From assembly GCA_000934665.2 (NCBI GenBank), contig JYFJ02001557.1:56606-76605 (forward strand): a stretch of 20,000 nt of DNA, in the 5' to 3' direction. The translations under genes and the position numbers were made by a program. This DNA is from Catajapyx aquilonaris (Eukaryota). The notes under the pieces are model-generated. The model saw only the letters and a program-made list of their open reading frames with translations. It was not told the origin of the DNA and searched no databases. Below, one piece after another: positions 9,824-19,464 of this stretch (position 1 is its first letter; each line of letters begins with the position of its first letter).

Positions 9824-10461
9824 AGGGCGTCTGAATCGGCGCCTGCGTCCTGGGCTATACCCAGTAGCCAGCAAAAGCAGGCTAGGGAGTACCCCCTCTT
9901 TTTGCCTGGAACCCTTCCTTTTCCACCATCTCGCTTCCATTACCCACCAATCGATCCGCTGATAAGATCTCATTTTCTTTTCCGGAACCAACTTTTCAGA
10001 CTGATTTCATTAGTTTCCCTATCCGTTTGCCAAAGTGGAGTCCGCCTCGTTTACAACTGCCTGCCTGCCAGACCAGGAACAAGTTCGCATTTGTACTTTT
10101 AGTGTGCATTGGGCTGTCATCAGCAGCCAGACCTTGGTTTCCGCGTGTGGTGTACAATGTATGACAGTTTATTCCTCCAGAAATTGCTCGTTTGGGTGGG
10201 GGGGGGGGGGATTTCATGATAGAATAGAAGTAGGTTGGTCGTAATGAAGTGTTGCATTATTCAGGATGTTTATAAACCATAGGTCTCTCTTGATCTCATC
10301 TCAAGGTGAGATGAAGGTTAAGGGCATTCAACAGCTGAAGTGGTAAAAGGATGTGCCAATCGATATTTGAATTGACTGTGGGATGCAGCACAGCCTAACA
10401 TATTGTGCTAAAGCTCCCTTATATTGTATAAGGACTCAGCTTGTCAGCTACATTTGCAAGT

Positions 10462-10991
10462 GAGGGGTCTCAGATCAAAGGCGGCTAAGTCCATTTTTGG
10501 GGGGGTGTGACACAAATACGTCCAGCAATAGGACCGAAGCAGTGGTGGCGGAGGGGATATGATATCCGACTGCTAATCAGGAGGTACTGGGTTCGAATCC
10601 CGGTGCCGGCAACTCTAACCGTGGTTTCCCACGGTTCCTCCAGGAGAATTCCGGAGTTGTTTCCTAAACTAATAGGCCACAGCCGTCTCCTTTCTTTCCT
10701 ATCCTATCCGAAAAAGCGCAGTAAAAACGAAACGAAGAGTTCCAGTCAAAAAAAATCCCCCCCTAAAGAGCCGCCGGCTGATAACGGGTATGAATTATTA
10801 TTACTTCCAGCAATAATGTATTTTAATGTCATTTGGTATTAATTAATTGCACATTTTCGTATGTAGCTGAGCCGTGGCTACATATGGACGCAAGAATATT
10901 CAAGATGGTACCAGTGAAATAATCAGCAGTTTTTGCTGATTTTACGACCATAGTTTTTTTGAACTTAGCCGCCTTTGATCTGAGACCCCTC
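10462..10991. mobile_element. 530-bp non-autonomous TIR element, Sola2-like (GAG...CTC ends, 4-bp TSD)
   Basis: Perfect 29-bp TIR GAGGGGTCTCAGATCAAAGGCGGCTAAGT (10462-10490 / 10963-10991); direct repeat AAGT at 10458-10461 and 10992-10995. The superfamily call is inferred from the GRG termini plus 4-bp TSD. Confidence 0.85.
10532..10709 (+). mobile_element. tRNA-derived SINE, copy 1 (nested in the TIR element)
   Basis: Degenerate A-box, B-box GGTTCGAATCC (10590-10600) and anticodon-like loop CTGCTAA, followed by a non-tRNA body (CCGTGGTTT..CACGG..AATTCCGG..AATAGGCCACAGCCG..CCTATCC) shared with 19465-19643. Confidence 0.88.
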
Positions 10992-12140
10992 AAGTTCTTA
11001 CTTCAACCTGACCATGATCCAGAAAGTTTTCTCTAACACACTGTTGATTATATTGACTGTAGGGCATGCATGAGTTCAGTGATTGAATTGGACGGAATGA
11101 ATCGAAACCGGGACAAAATAGATGGCTTAAAAATTAATACCGAATAATAGTGGTCGGGGTCTATCGGAATAATACGTTCTGCCTAATCTGGTTCATATCT
11201 GAACTATTTATGATGTTTGTAGGATTTGCTACGTTTTTCTAGGTTTTATGATAATTACATGGAGGATTTTCGCACCACAAAATCCTCCCAAACTATGCAA
11301 AATATCAACGACAGAGTGAATAACACTCACAATGTGCAACATTCTTAGCAGTGATAAAGTGCCATTCAGCGACATTTTTGTACTATAACAATGGGATCCC
11401 GGGTTTTTTTTAGGCCTACACATAGTTTTACATATAGAATAAATAAGAGAACTATTTCAGTGGAGATATTGAAGATTCGGGTATTATTAACAGTTTATTT
11501 GCCAATCTGTACTGGTAAATTTACAGTAATATATACTGTATGGTGACATGAGTAACACTTGCAGTGTAAGTTCGGAAAAGTTATCAGTAAGAAGTTGCTT
11601 AATATAGGAATGTACACATTTTATTACGTGCCAAATATCCTGCATGCGGTTTATTTGGGGCGGGAAGAGATTAAATTGTGCAGAACCAAGGTCGTCAAAA
11701 TCATATAGAGAAATCATATTACTTACATGTACTGTGTATAGCTTCTAGTAAAAGGCCCTACATCGGTGCTTTATGGTTAAGCAAGTTCAATCGACAGCTA
11801 TCTATACATAATCATAAGGAAAAGTAGTACGACTTTCGAGAACATATCACGTTGCCTTATCTTATAGTTCCGATAATATCTGCGTGCACATAGATGAGAC
11901 ATCACTGTCAAGCTAATTCTGGTGATATAACCTAGAAGTGACTATGTAATGCAAGGAATGCAAGTACTTTGAAAACTCGAGAACAAAGTAGGAGGAATAT
12001 CTCAGAAACCTTTATTATAAATGCTCCTTACGGACTAATAAGAAACCAAGAACAAAGGAGGACGTATTATTTTGATCATATAAAAAAATAAAGTACGACT
12101 GTGTCAACCTGCTACCTCATTACCTCCCACTTTGGATATA

Positions 12141-12535
12141 TTACCGGCTAATTATCTCCCATGCATATGCTGATCGATCCACATCGTTTCGATGGCAATC
12201 GCAAAATTTTGTGTCCGAATCCTCCGGACTCAGGTTGACAAATCGATCACCAACTGTAGCATTTCCCTCCCCAATTCCCCACCCCTTCCTCCTATCCGTA
12301 CCAGCCACCACATTAGTCGCTTGAAACGATTCGGTAACGTATCTCGGACAGGACATTAACATATGAATAGCGCCATCTGCCACCGAATATGAATAATTCA
12401 CACCATTCTCGCAAGCAACAAAAGCAAGGTTCCACACACACACTAACTCCAACCCTTCTTCTAGTATTAATAAGTTGACATCAACTCCATCTATCCAGAG
12501 GATTCCATGCCCGACTTTAAAAGCGCATCATTTCT
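12141..12535 (-). mobile_element. 5'-truncated LINE ORF2 C-terminal remnant
   Basis: MMRF(frameshift)KVGHGILWIDG ... VADGAIHMLMSCPRYVTE matches the RFRxG ... H-hydrophobic-xxCPxY zinc-knuckle tail typical of non-LTR retrotransposon ORF2. Confidence 0.6.
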
Positions 12536-12679
12536 TTACTTATTCACCAGATTTCCTGGCCTGATTTGTGTTTGGCTCGCCAAAGAATCGAGGCACCAGT
12601 GTTGTAATAGTACGCTTTTCACCAAGTCTCATGGCTGCAGTTGCTGAAATATTCACGAGACTCGGCCGCGCTCGGGAGT

Positions 12680-12860
12680 TGACTTAGTGAAATGCGCACG
12701 TGGAAATGCCGCAGGGCGTGGAGTGGCATGGCCGTAATTGGAAAGCACTCCAGGTTCGGCTCTGGATAGATCAGAGCATTACTCGTATAGGTGGTATGAA
12801 AGGGGTGAAAAATGAGGCGCACCATGCTTTTGGTTGTCCGGGTTGGCGAGACATGTCACG
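12680..12860 (+). mobile_element. Second LINE ORF2 C-terminal remnant, opposite orientation
   Basis: LSEMRT(frameshift)...GVEWHGRNW ... GVKNEAHHAFGCPGWRDM resembles RxRTG..VExGR ... VEDExHxxFxCPxYxDL. Confidence 0.5.
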
Positions 12861-13496
12861 CGCCAACAAAAAAGGAGCAGAAATAACGTGGTATATTTGC
12901 AATTCAACGCCCCCGCCTTTTTATCCAATGATGAACGTCCAGGGTTGACCCCTAGGCTCCTAGGTTATCGCTCTTCGGTACGGGGAGGTCTTTTTTTTTA
13001 CTAGGGGGGGTTGTATGGGGGGCAAGGGCGGCCCTTTTATGTCTGTATATTCACACGCGTGCGGTTTGGTGCTTCTGGAACGTCTCTCTCAGCGACTCGC
13101 CTTTTTTACTCTGGCTTTTCCCCTCTGGGGATGGCCGCTTGCATCAGAGGCATGCTGTTCAAATAAACCTGGACTATTGTTGGCTGAGAGGCTGGCGGTC
13201 TGGTGAGGGATTCTGGGATGTACAGTCTCGAGCAAAATGATGGGGATGGACTAGGGTCAGGGGCTGAAAAAGAGAGTCTGCTACATCAATATCGTATGGA
13301 AGCCAAGATTTTGGTGTGTGCTACTGCATATTCGCTTTGTGAATCCTGGTCCATTCCCATCTTCTTTCGTGCGACTGTAGTGTTTAGGTATAGGCCTACA
13401 TGAAAATTGAAATAATGGGCGTTCTTAGAATCATATAAAGTATACGAAAAATACTGTCTGATGGATTGATATTACACGCCTTAGTAGGCTGGTATA

Positions 13497-13573
13497 CACT
13501 GTAAACCGCAAGTGAGCTCCATGGATGCTCCACATGGGAGACTCACTATAGTGATGTTTTGCGGTTTACAGTG
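13497..13573. mobile_element. 77-bp mini TIR element with CACTG ends (CACTA/EnSpm-like), TA-flanked
   Basis: Perfect 15-bp TIR CACTGTAAACCGCAA (13497-13511 / 13559-13573) with TA on both flanks; inner imperfect IR AGTGAG-CTCCATG / CATGGGAG-A-CTCACT. Confidence 0.8.
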
Positions 13574-14339
13574 TAGTTGTCCTTATATTTGATAGGGATT
13601 TGGGATGCTGAGCCTTTGTGGTAAACTTACTGTATGAACGAGTCTCCAGTGGAGGATTCTTACGCGTAACGCTCAAGGCTATAGTTAAATTGCCTATGGC
13701 GGACTGGCTCCGATTCGTGGATTTTACGTGATGAATAGGTCTCAGTTATGCAAGTATAACGTCATACATTAAAAATTACCGAGCTAAACTAGTTTCTGCT
13801 TACAGGTAGGTTTTAGGATACTGCACACACACATTATGCATTTCTACTATTATACGGTAGGCCTACTGTATATTTTCGGTCTAAACATTGCAAGTGTTTG
13901 TGACGTGCAGTTTCAGTCGGAAAACACCCAGTAATATCTTCCCGCTGCACAACTGAGGGGATAACAGCTTAATATTTTAGTGTACACCGGATTTATGATT
14001 TATGGGATTGTCACCCGGATAATGCATAGATGTAATATGAAGGGATTTAACCGATTTAAGTAGTATAAAGTAGTTGTTGTCCCCTCGTGCGCAATAACTG
14101 AAAGTGATATATTTCTTGTTTCAAGAAGTGAACGGGTAACATTCTAAATCTACCCTACATCTTTTAACACTTTTAAAACCTGAAACCTTTATGTACAGCT
14201 CTGTGCCTGACCTATTCATATAGTCCTATCGGGACTTCTTAAAGTCATGAAAATGATCAAGTACAAAAAGTGTTGTAAATATTGGACGTTTATATTGGCA
14301 ACGGGAGGCAATCGCGTTACAGTCTAGTACATTTGAGAC

Positions 14340-14487
14340 CAAGGGGGTAATCACTCGGCTGAAAAGTGTACACTGAAGTACCAAATTCAAGGAGTATCAC
14401 GGAGTAATAAAGAGTGAGGTACCTGAGGAGTACCAGGGAGTACCACTCCCAGGTGTACACCGGAGTACCGAAGTGATTACCCGCTTG
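14340..14487. mobile_element. 148-bp MITE with 8-bp TSD (P- or hAT-type), copy 2
   Basis: TIR CAAGGGGGTAATCACT ... AGTGATTACCCGCTTG; perfect TSD TTTGAGAC at 14332-14339 and 14488-14495; same orientation and internal sequence as copy 1 plus one extra GGAGTAC-containing unit. Confidence 0.92.
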
Positions 14488-14568
14488 TTTGAGACTTTTC
14501 ATGTCATGCCGTCACGGTAACAGCGAAAATTATTAAGTTTAGCTAATGCATGTGAAAGATATTAAATA

Positions 14569-14830
14569 CAGGGTGTTCCAAGTTCGTTGGACCCTTTATA
14601 ATAGCAGCTCTTGATAATAGTTATAGCTCTAGGAAATTTCGCTCAACGCTGCTATTTTTTGTAGCTTGTTGTGCCCCGATCCAGGTGCCCTTTATTCTAT
14701 AGCCACTGATGCATTAGACCACCTGATAGTACTGAGGCACCTGGATCGGGGTACAACAAGCTACACAAAAAAACTACTTCGGACGATATCAGTGATAAAG
14801 AAAAACATACAACAAACTTGGAACACCCTG
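14569..14830. mobile_element. 262-bp Tc1/mariner-type MITE with TA TSD and internal foldback
   Basis: 21-bp TIR CAGGGTGTTCCAAGTTYGTTG (14569-14589 / 14810-14830) with TA on both sides; internal 30-bp IR 14660-14689 / 14736-14765 (1 mismatch). Confidence 0.9.
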
Positions 14831-15059
14831 TATATCGGATGATCATACAATATATGATATACACGTAATAAGTGAACGGTTGATTGACTTATTAACCTTT
14901 TTGGGAGAAACAGCATCTGAGAATATAGTGCGTCACACGTAAGTAAATAACAGCATTATCAATATACAAACATTAGTAGAATTGTTGCCGCAATGTGGAA
15001 TAGTGTACGAACTTTCAAATCAATTTTTTATCAAAAGCTATCTATACTGTCGGTTTGCA

Positions 15060-15209
15060 TAATGTACGGAAAACGAGAGAACGATCTGACATCATCGTTT
15101 CTTCCATTGTTGCTTTTAGTTGACACTGTTTATACCCATATTGTTCTGTGAAGGTATTTACATGGAAACCTTGATGACGTCAGATCGTTCTCTCATTTTC
15201 CGTACATTA
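15060..15209. mobile_element. 150-bp foldback MITE-like element
   Basis: 31-bp IR TAATGTACGGAAAAYGAGAGAACGATCTGAC (15060-15090 / 15179-15209, 1 mismatch), extending imperfectly inward. The terminal TA may be the TSD. Confidence 0.8.
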
Positions 15210-15343
15210 GCTGACACTCGATCTCCTCATATTTGATTAGAAACAGATTTGCTGTAATGTCACAAACACCACCAGTTATTCAAACAGCCCTGTATCATCC
15301 ACAAAAGACAAAATCACATCAGTTGAGGCACCTGAGATGTAAC

Positions 15344-15349
15344 TTTATT
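15344..15349 (-). promoter_or_regulatory. Candidate polyadenylation signal (AATAAA) of the kinase gene
   Basis: tttatt on the plus strand, about 90 nt downstream of the stop codon at 15441. Confidence 0.5.
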
Positions 15350-15440
15350 GTTTAAAAGCAGGCCTTAAATAGCACAATTACGTCTTCTAATTGGAATAGG
15401 AAGGAAGCATGGCTTGATACATAGGAAGAAAGAGTAGAGT

Positions 15441-16163
15441 TCAAGAATCAGTCCGCCAGCTCCTAGCCGAATCCACATCCGACTCTTGGTTGGCCATAAT
15501 CGAATATCTCCTCTGAACGATAGCCTCTTGAAGTGAGAGCATCAAGCTGTTCTCGATCCGGTTTGGTCCCGGAACAGATTTCTGTCTTGGAGCATGTGGT
15601 CGAAGCAAAGCCCTCTGGCGGATCAGCTGCGCAGAAGAAGGCCTGGGGAAGAGATAATGCGCAGGTGCACGGCTGCCAACGGCGCCATTTTGCTGCCCCA
15701 TGCGCCTCGGCTCTTCCTCAACCTCTTCTAACAAAGAGTGGGAATTTAGCTGCGATTCTTGATGGCAGACATCCTGTGACTCGGCTTGAATCCCGGCAGA
15801 CTCTTCCTCTTCCTCCTCTTCCTCCTCCTCCTCCTCCTCTTCTTCCAGGCTCTCTGGGGTGGAGGAAGAGGTTTCGGTCCTTCTCTGGGGCGCCCTCAGC
15901 ATCAGATCGTGATAAAGCTGCACGGAGCACGGCTCATTTCCTTCGCTTTCAAGCTCTTCGTCTCTCTCATTATCGAGGTTAGGCTCAGCTTGTCTCTCCT
16001 CTGGCAACATGGAGGGGATCTGTTGAAGCCGCTGGAGAATTAGGGTGAATCGGGGCCTGCACAGGCGTCGATGATGCCAGCACTGAGTGATGACTTCCTT
16101 CAGCAGAGGCGGCAGTTTGGTTGGCATCATGGGTGTGATGCCTTTCTTCATCATGGCCATAAC
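15441..16163 (-). CDS. Terminal coding exon of the same kinase (subdomains X-XI plus long acidic/low-complexity tail)
   Basis: Acceptor ACTCCACAG|GTT (phase 0) matches the phase-0 donor at 17865, giving a 1701-nt intron (16164-17864). The joined text REK|VMAMMKKGITPMMPTKLPPLLKEVITQCWHHRRLCRPRFTLILQRL contains the subdomain XI CW...RPxF motif. 241 codons including the TGA stop; GC-rich relative to flanks. Confidence 0.92.
   Translation of the reverse strand, partial: VMAMMKKGITPMMPTKLPPLLKEVITQCWHHRRLCRPRFTLILQRLQQIPSMLPEERQAEPNLDNERDEELESEGNEPCSVQLYHDLMLRAPQRRTETSSSTPESLEEEEEEEEEEEEEEESAGIQAESQDVCHQESQLNSHSLLEEVEEEPRRMGQQNGAVGSRAPAHYLFPRPSSAQLIRQRALLRPHAPRQKSVPGPNRIENSLMLSLQEAIVQRRYSIMANQESDVDSARSWRTDS
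15801..15845 (-). repeat. Coding GAG/GAA trinucleotide repeat encoding 15 consecutive Glu
   Basis: Plus strand reads ctc/ttc x15 inside the kinase terminal exon. Confidence 0.95.
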
Positions 16164-16570
16164 CTGTGGAGTCATCAAGTAGAACTTAGAACCATCACTG
16201 CAGAATAATACAAACTAGAAAGAGTTTTGTAATCTAGATGTGATCTACCGTTTAGGCCTATTAGTTGGTCGGATATTTACTTCGCGTTTTAAGTATGTTC
16301 GTGCATCATTGTTATGCCAAAGGTCACGGTAAAAAGTCTGGCATACATAAAGTATACGAAGCCTTTTGGGAACCTCCTTTCCGTAGCCTACATGCCATAC
16401 AGCCTTCAACTTTATATTTGGTTCGTCCTGCATTGCGGAGGAAAAGTAGAGTAATGCATGCATTATGATACGTCCTTTTCCTCTAAAATTTTAAAATACT
16501 CAGGGTTCGTTAGAAGATATGGCAAGGCGATGCCCAGTTATGTATAGCATCTGCTATATTCGCCACACCT

Positions 16571-16625
16571 GGGACCTCAATCAGGGCACAAAAACTTGCA
16601 CAAAAATAACTACTTCGGACGAAAT
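16571..16625 (+). mobile_element. Diverged internal fragment related to the 14569-14830 MITE
   Basis: gggacctcaatcagggcacaaaaacttgcacaaaaataactacttcggacgaaat aligns by eye with 14736-14789 (shared exact core AACTACTTCGGACGA). Confidence 0.65.
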
Positions 16626-17511
16626 ACGATAACTAAAATGACTGAGACACTTGGAATGCACTGTATTTTGTTGGAAAATGAGAATTTTATTGGGGAAGCT
16701 TTTCTTTCCGTTGAACCAATTTTTAAGAAATGCAAGAGAAATAGATTTTCCTTTAATGATAAACCGACTCAGAGTATGAATGCGTACGTCTCTCAATCTC
16801 GCAAATTACATACTCGAGACTTAGATGCGACTGGATAAGCCCACAATTTCTGGATTTCACATTTCAAAGGACTCTGATTAATATCATTACAAAATTGAGT
16901 TGTATGTTGATGCCATTATCTCAACTAGTCCCATAAACCTATTCTTCCATTTTGATCAGAGTAAAGATGTATTTACACTAGATTAGCTAGTATGGGACTA
17001 CGGTCCCGTTTCATCAATCAGCACTGCCCGACTGACCAATCAATTTGTCTGAGTGCCTGATATTACTGCGCAACCCTGGAAATTCACCCCATGTCTTGAG
17101 AAAAGCAAGTTGGTTGGAGGTCTGGAGATGGGCAGGGGGCGGTAGTAAAATTAATGTAAATCTGCTATACTGTACTTCCCTTCCGTTCCCTTCTCTCATG
17201 CTGACTTGCCCAAAGTACATCTTCAGTGCTATAGCCTACAGTACCATGATATTTCATTAGGTCCTAGTTGTATGAACAGTCAGGCAGCAATGATTAACCA
17301 TGGCCAGAAGACCCCCTTTATAAAAGCAGAAAATTCTAACAGCAGTAACACAATTACTGTTCTAATTACTATATTTTATGGCAAGCTCGCACAAAAGTGT
17401 ATTGTTCAGCATTATTGCAATTACCATTAGTAACTGACAGGTCTCCAGCTCATTACAGATTACGGGAGATCGCTATTTTGCGGAGAATTTATAACACCTT
17501 ATTATGATGGA

Positions 17512-17682
17512 TTTTTGGCTGTGGCAGGGAACTGAACAATCCCGAGAAAACCCCACGTAAGTACGTCAGAGAATCCATCGAAACTCTTCCCACGTGGAAA
17601 ATCCTCTTCCCGCTTTGGGGCTCAGACTCAGGATCTTAGAGATGGAACACCGGGGCTTTAACCCCAGGCCACCACACTGGCC
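17512..17682 (-). mobile_element. Degraded tRNA-derived SINE with V-domain-like central region, in the kinase intron
   Basis: Minus strand: decayed A-box (GTGGCCTGGGGTTAA) and B-box (GAGTCTGAGCCCC), then GAGTTTCGATGGATTCTCTGACGTACTTACGTGGGGTTTTCTCGGGATTGTTCAGTTCCCTGCCACAGCCAAAAA, which resembles the V-SINE conserved domain as I recall it. Confidence 0.7.
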
Positions 17683-17864
17683 GTTTCATATTTATACAAA
17701 TCTCTGCATTGCAATTTTTAAAAAAATGCAGACTATACAGTATCATCCACAGGCTTCATTCTGGACTGAAGTTACTTATGATCCTTTTCCGAAGCGTGTA
17801 TACAGGTACTTTACACGAGCTATGTTGAATTTTACATCATGTCAGTTCTGGAAAGTCCCATTAC

Positions 17865-18048
17865 CTTTTCCCTTCCAACACCAAAAAATGGAGGCTGTCC
17901 TGACACCATCTCAGACATAAGGACTCCAAAGCTGTACACGTCACTTGCAGGCGAAAATTCCGCCCGGAGGAGCTGCTCTGGAGCCAGCCATGCGGTGTTC
18001 ATTGATTCAATACAACGAAAGCCGTTCCTAGGTCCTTCTTCGTATAAC
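17865..18048 (-). CDS. Internal exon of a TKL-group (MLK/ILK/TEX14-like) protein kinase, subdomains VIII-X
   Basis: Translation LYEEGPRNGFRCIESMNTAWLAPEQLLRAEFSPASDVYSFGVLMSEMVSGQPPFFGVGREK contains W-x-APE, SDVYSFG and G-x-x-PF motifs. Acceptor TTCCAACTTGCAG|G (phase 2) and donor AAG|GTAATG (phase 0) on the minus strand; 184 nt. No upstream exons recognised in 18049-20000. Confidence 0.93.
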
Positions 18049-19167
18049 CTGCAAGTTGGAAAGCGCAAGTTTTAATCACAGGTTGATTTTAATATGCGAG
18101 GCGAGATTTTGTTCTGGGAAGTTCTGAGAAAGAAAGAAAAAAACGGCGGTAATATTGTTTTGTTTGGGGATTAGATTTACTGTGTACTGCATCAGGGCTT
18201 GTAGCCAAAATAACCTTCAGCAATATAAACAAGCTTTTATGGCGTTATTGTAATAACAGATATTTATTATATCGAAATAACTCATTATTGTAATGCCCAG
18301 CAGAAGGAACAAAGTCCATTGTGGCAGCAAAATTATGGAAGTGCATAATAAAATTTTAGTAACAACTAAACGTTATTGACACGCTGGATATAAGTCTGAA
18401 AGGGCCATCCCAACAACAACAACTATTATGATGGACCATGAACAGTGTTTCTTCTCATTGACTTATACCGAATTAAAAATTGTCTTGTTCTAGATAGGGT
18501 CATTCAATAATGCTCATAAGTCTATCTGTAGAGTGAGACGAGGCTCATTGTTATTGACAAACATGCTTAATTAAAGAACACCCATACATTGTCATTCTGA
18601 CCCGATTTGGAGGCGGAAAAATGTCCACTTTCTTCTGTCTCGGCTACACAAAACGGTAATCATTATTTATATCCTGGCTTGGGAAAAGGGCATTATGTGT
18701 TTCCGGCCTTGTCTCGACATGAGGGCCCTTATCTCAGCGGCAGCATTGCAAGAAAAAGAATCGAACTGTGGTATCACACGACCACTCTTATCTCCATCAA
18801 TGCAATGTCTGTATAAGACAGGGAATATTCACGTACTGTATACCGGTAATACCTTTCTTCCAAGTTGGAACATCTGAGCACTGTTTTGTTTCCCCGAGTC
18901 GGGTAAAAATACCATCAGTCACTTTTTCTCGCCTCCAAATCCGGACACAATCAGGTCATATTACAGTGGACACTAATTGTTTTTTATCGGCATATTTCTC
19001 ATCAAGTATTCACTGATAATAACATTACAGATAACATTAATAGAATGAGGCTGGCTGCTTGTGTTACAGTATTGGTCTCAAATAATTGGGCACGTTTCGT
19101 GGGTGCTTATAATATTAAGTGTATTTTATTAATAGCAAGTGTGTCTGCTATTTTTTCTCGCCATATA

Positions 19168-19250
19168 CAGGTAGCCCCCGTTTTACGACAGGGCTAGGTT
19201 CCAGAAAAGCAAGGTCGTAAAGTGAAAACAAGCCGTAAAACAATCAAATT
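19168..19250 (+). mobile_element. One end of a pogo/Tigger-like DNA transposon
   Basis: TA|CAGGTAGCCCCCGTTTTACGAC resembles Tigger-family TIRs and is followed by GTCGTAAA and CCGTAAAAC internal inverted copies. The partner TIR is not seen in the window; the right boundary is approximate. Confidence 0.65.
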
Positions 19251-19464
19251 ATAATGTGATTAAATTGGATAGGTTCCAAAATTTCCCCTTTCCCGTGTAC
19301 GGTCCTAATATAGCTATTTTGTAAATACTATTTGAAGCATTTACCCATTTAATGAGAGGTTTCGGGTTGAATGTATAGTTTGGTTCTGAGGGTTCCTTTC
19401 CTTTCTTTGTCAATAAACTACAACGTAGGGGCCGCGGCTCTGTCGTATGAACCCTACTAGCCCC

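Noticed and set aside
13540..13551. GACTCACTATAG, the 3' part of the T7 promoter (possible vector contamination)
   Set aside because: Only 12 nt, lacks TAATAC, and forms part of the inner stem of a TIR element.
15533..16043. Alternative-frame and antisense ORFs 15533-15982, 15718-15930 and 15786-16043
   Set aside because: Shadows of the GC-rich kinase exon and its GAG repeat.
16926..17000. 10-bp inverted repeat TAGTCCCATA / TATGGGACTA
   Set aside because: Too short, with no TSD or second copy to support an element call.
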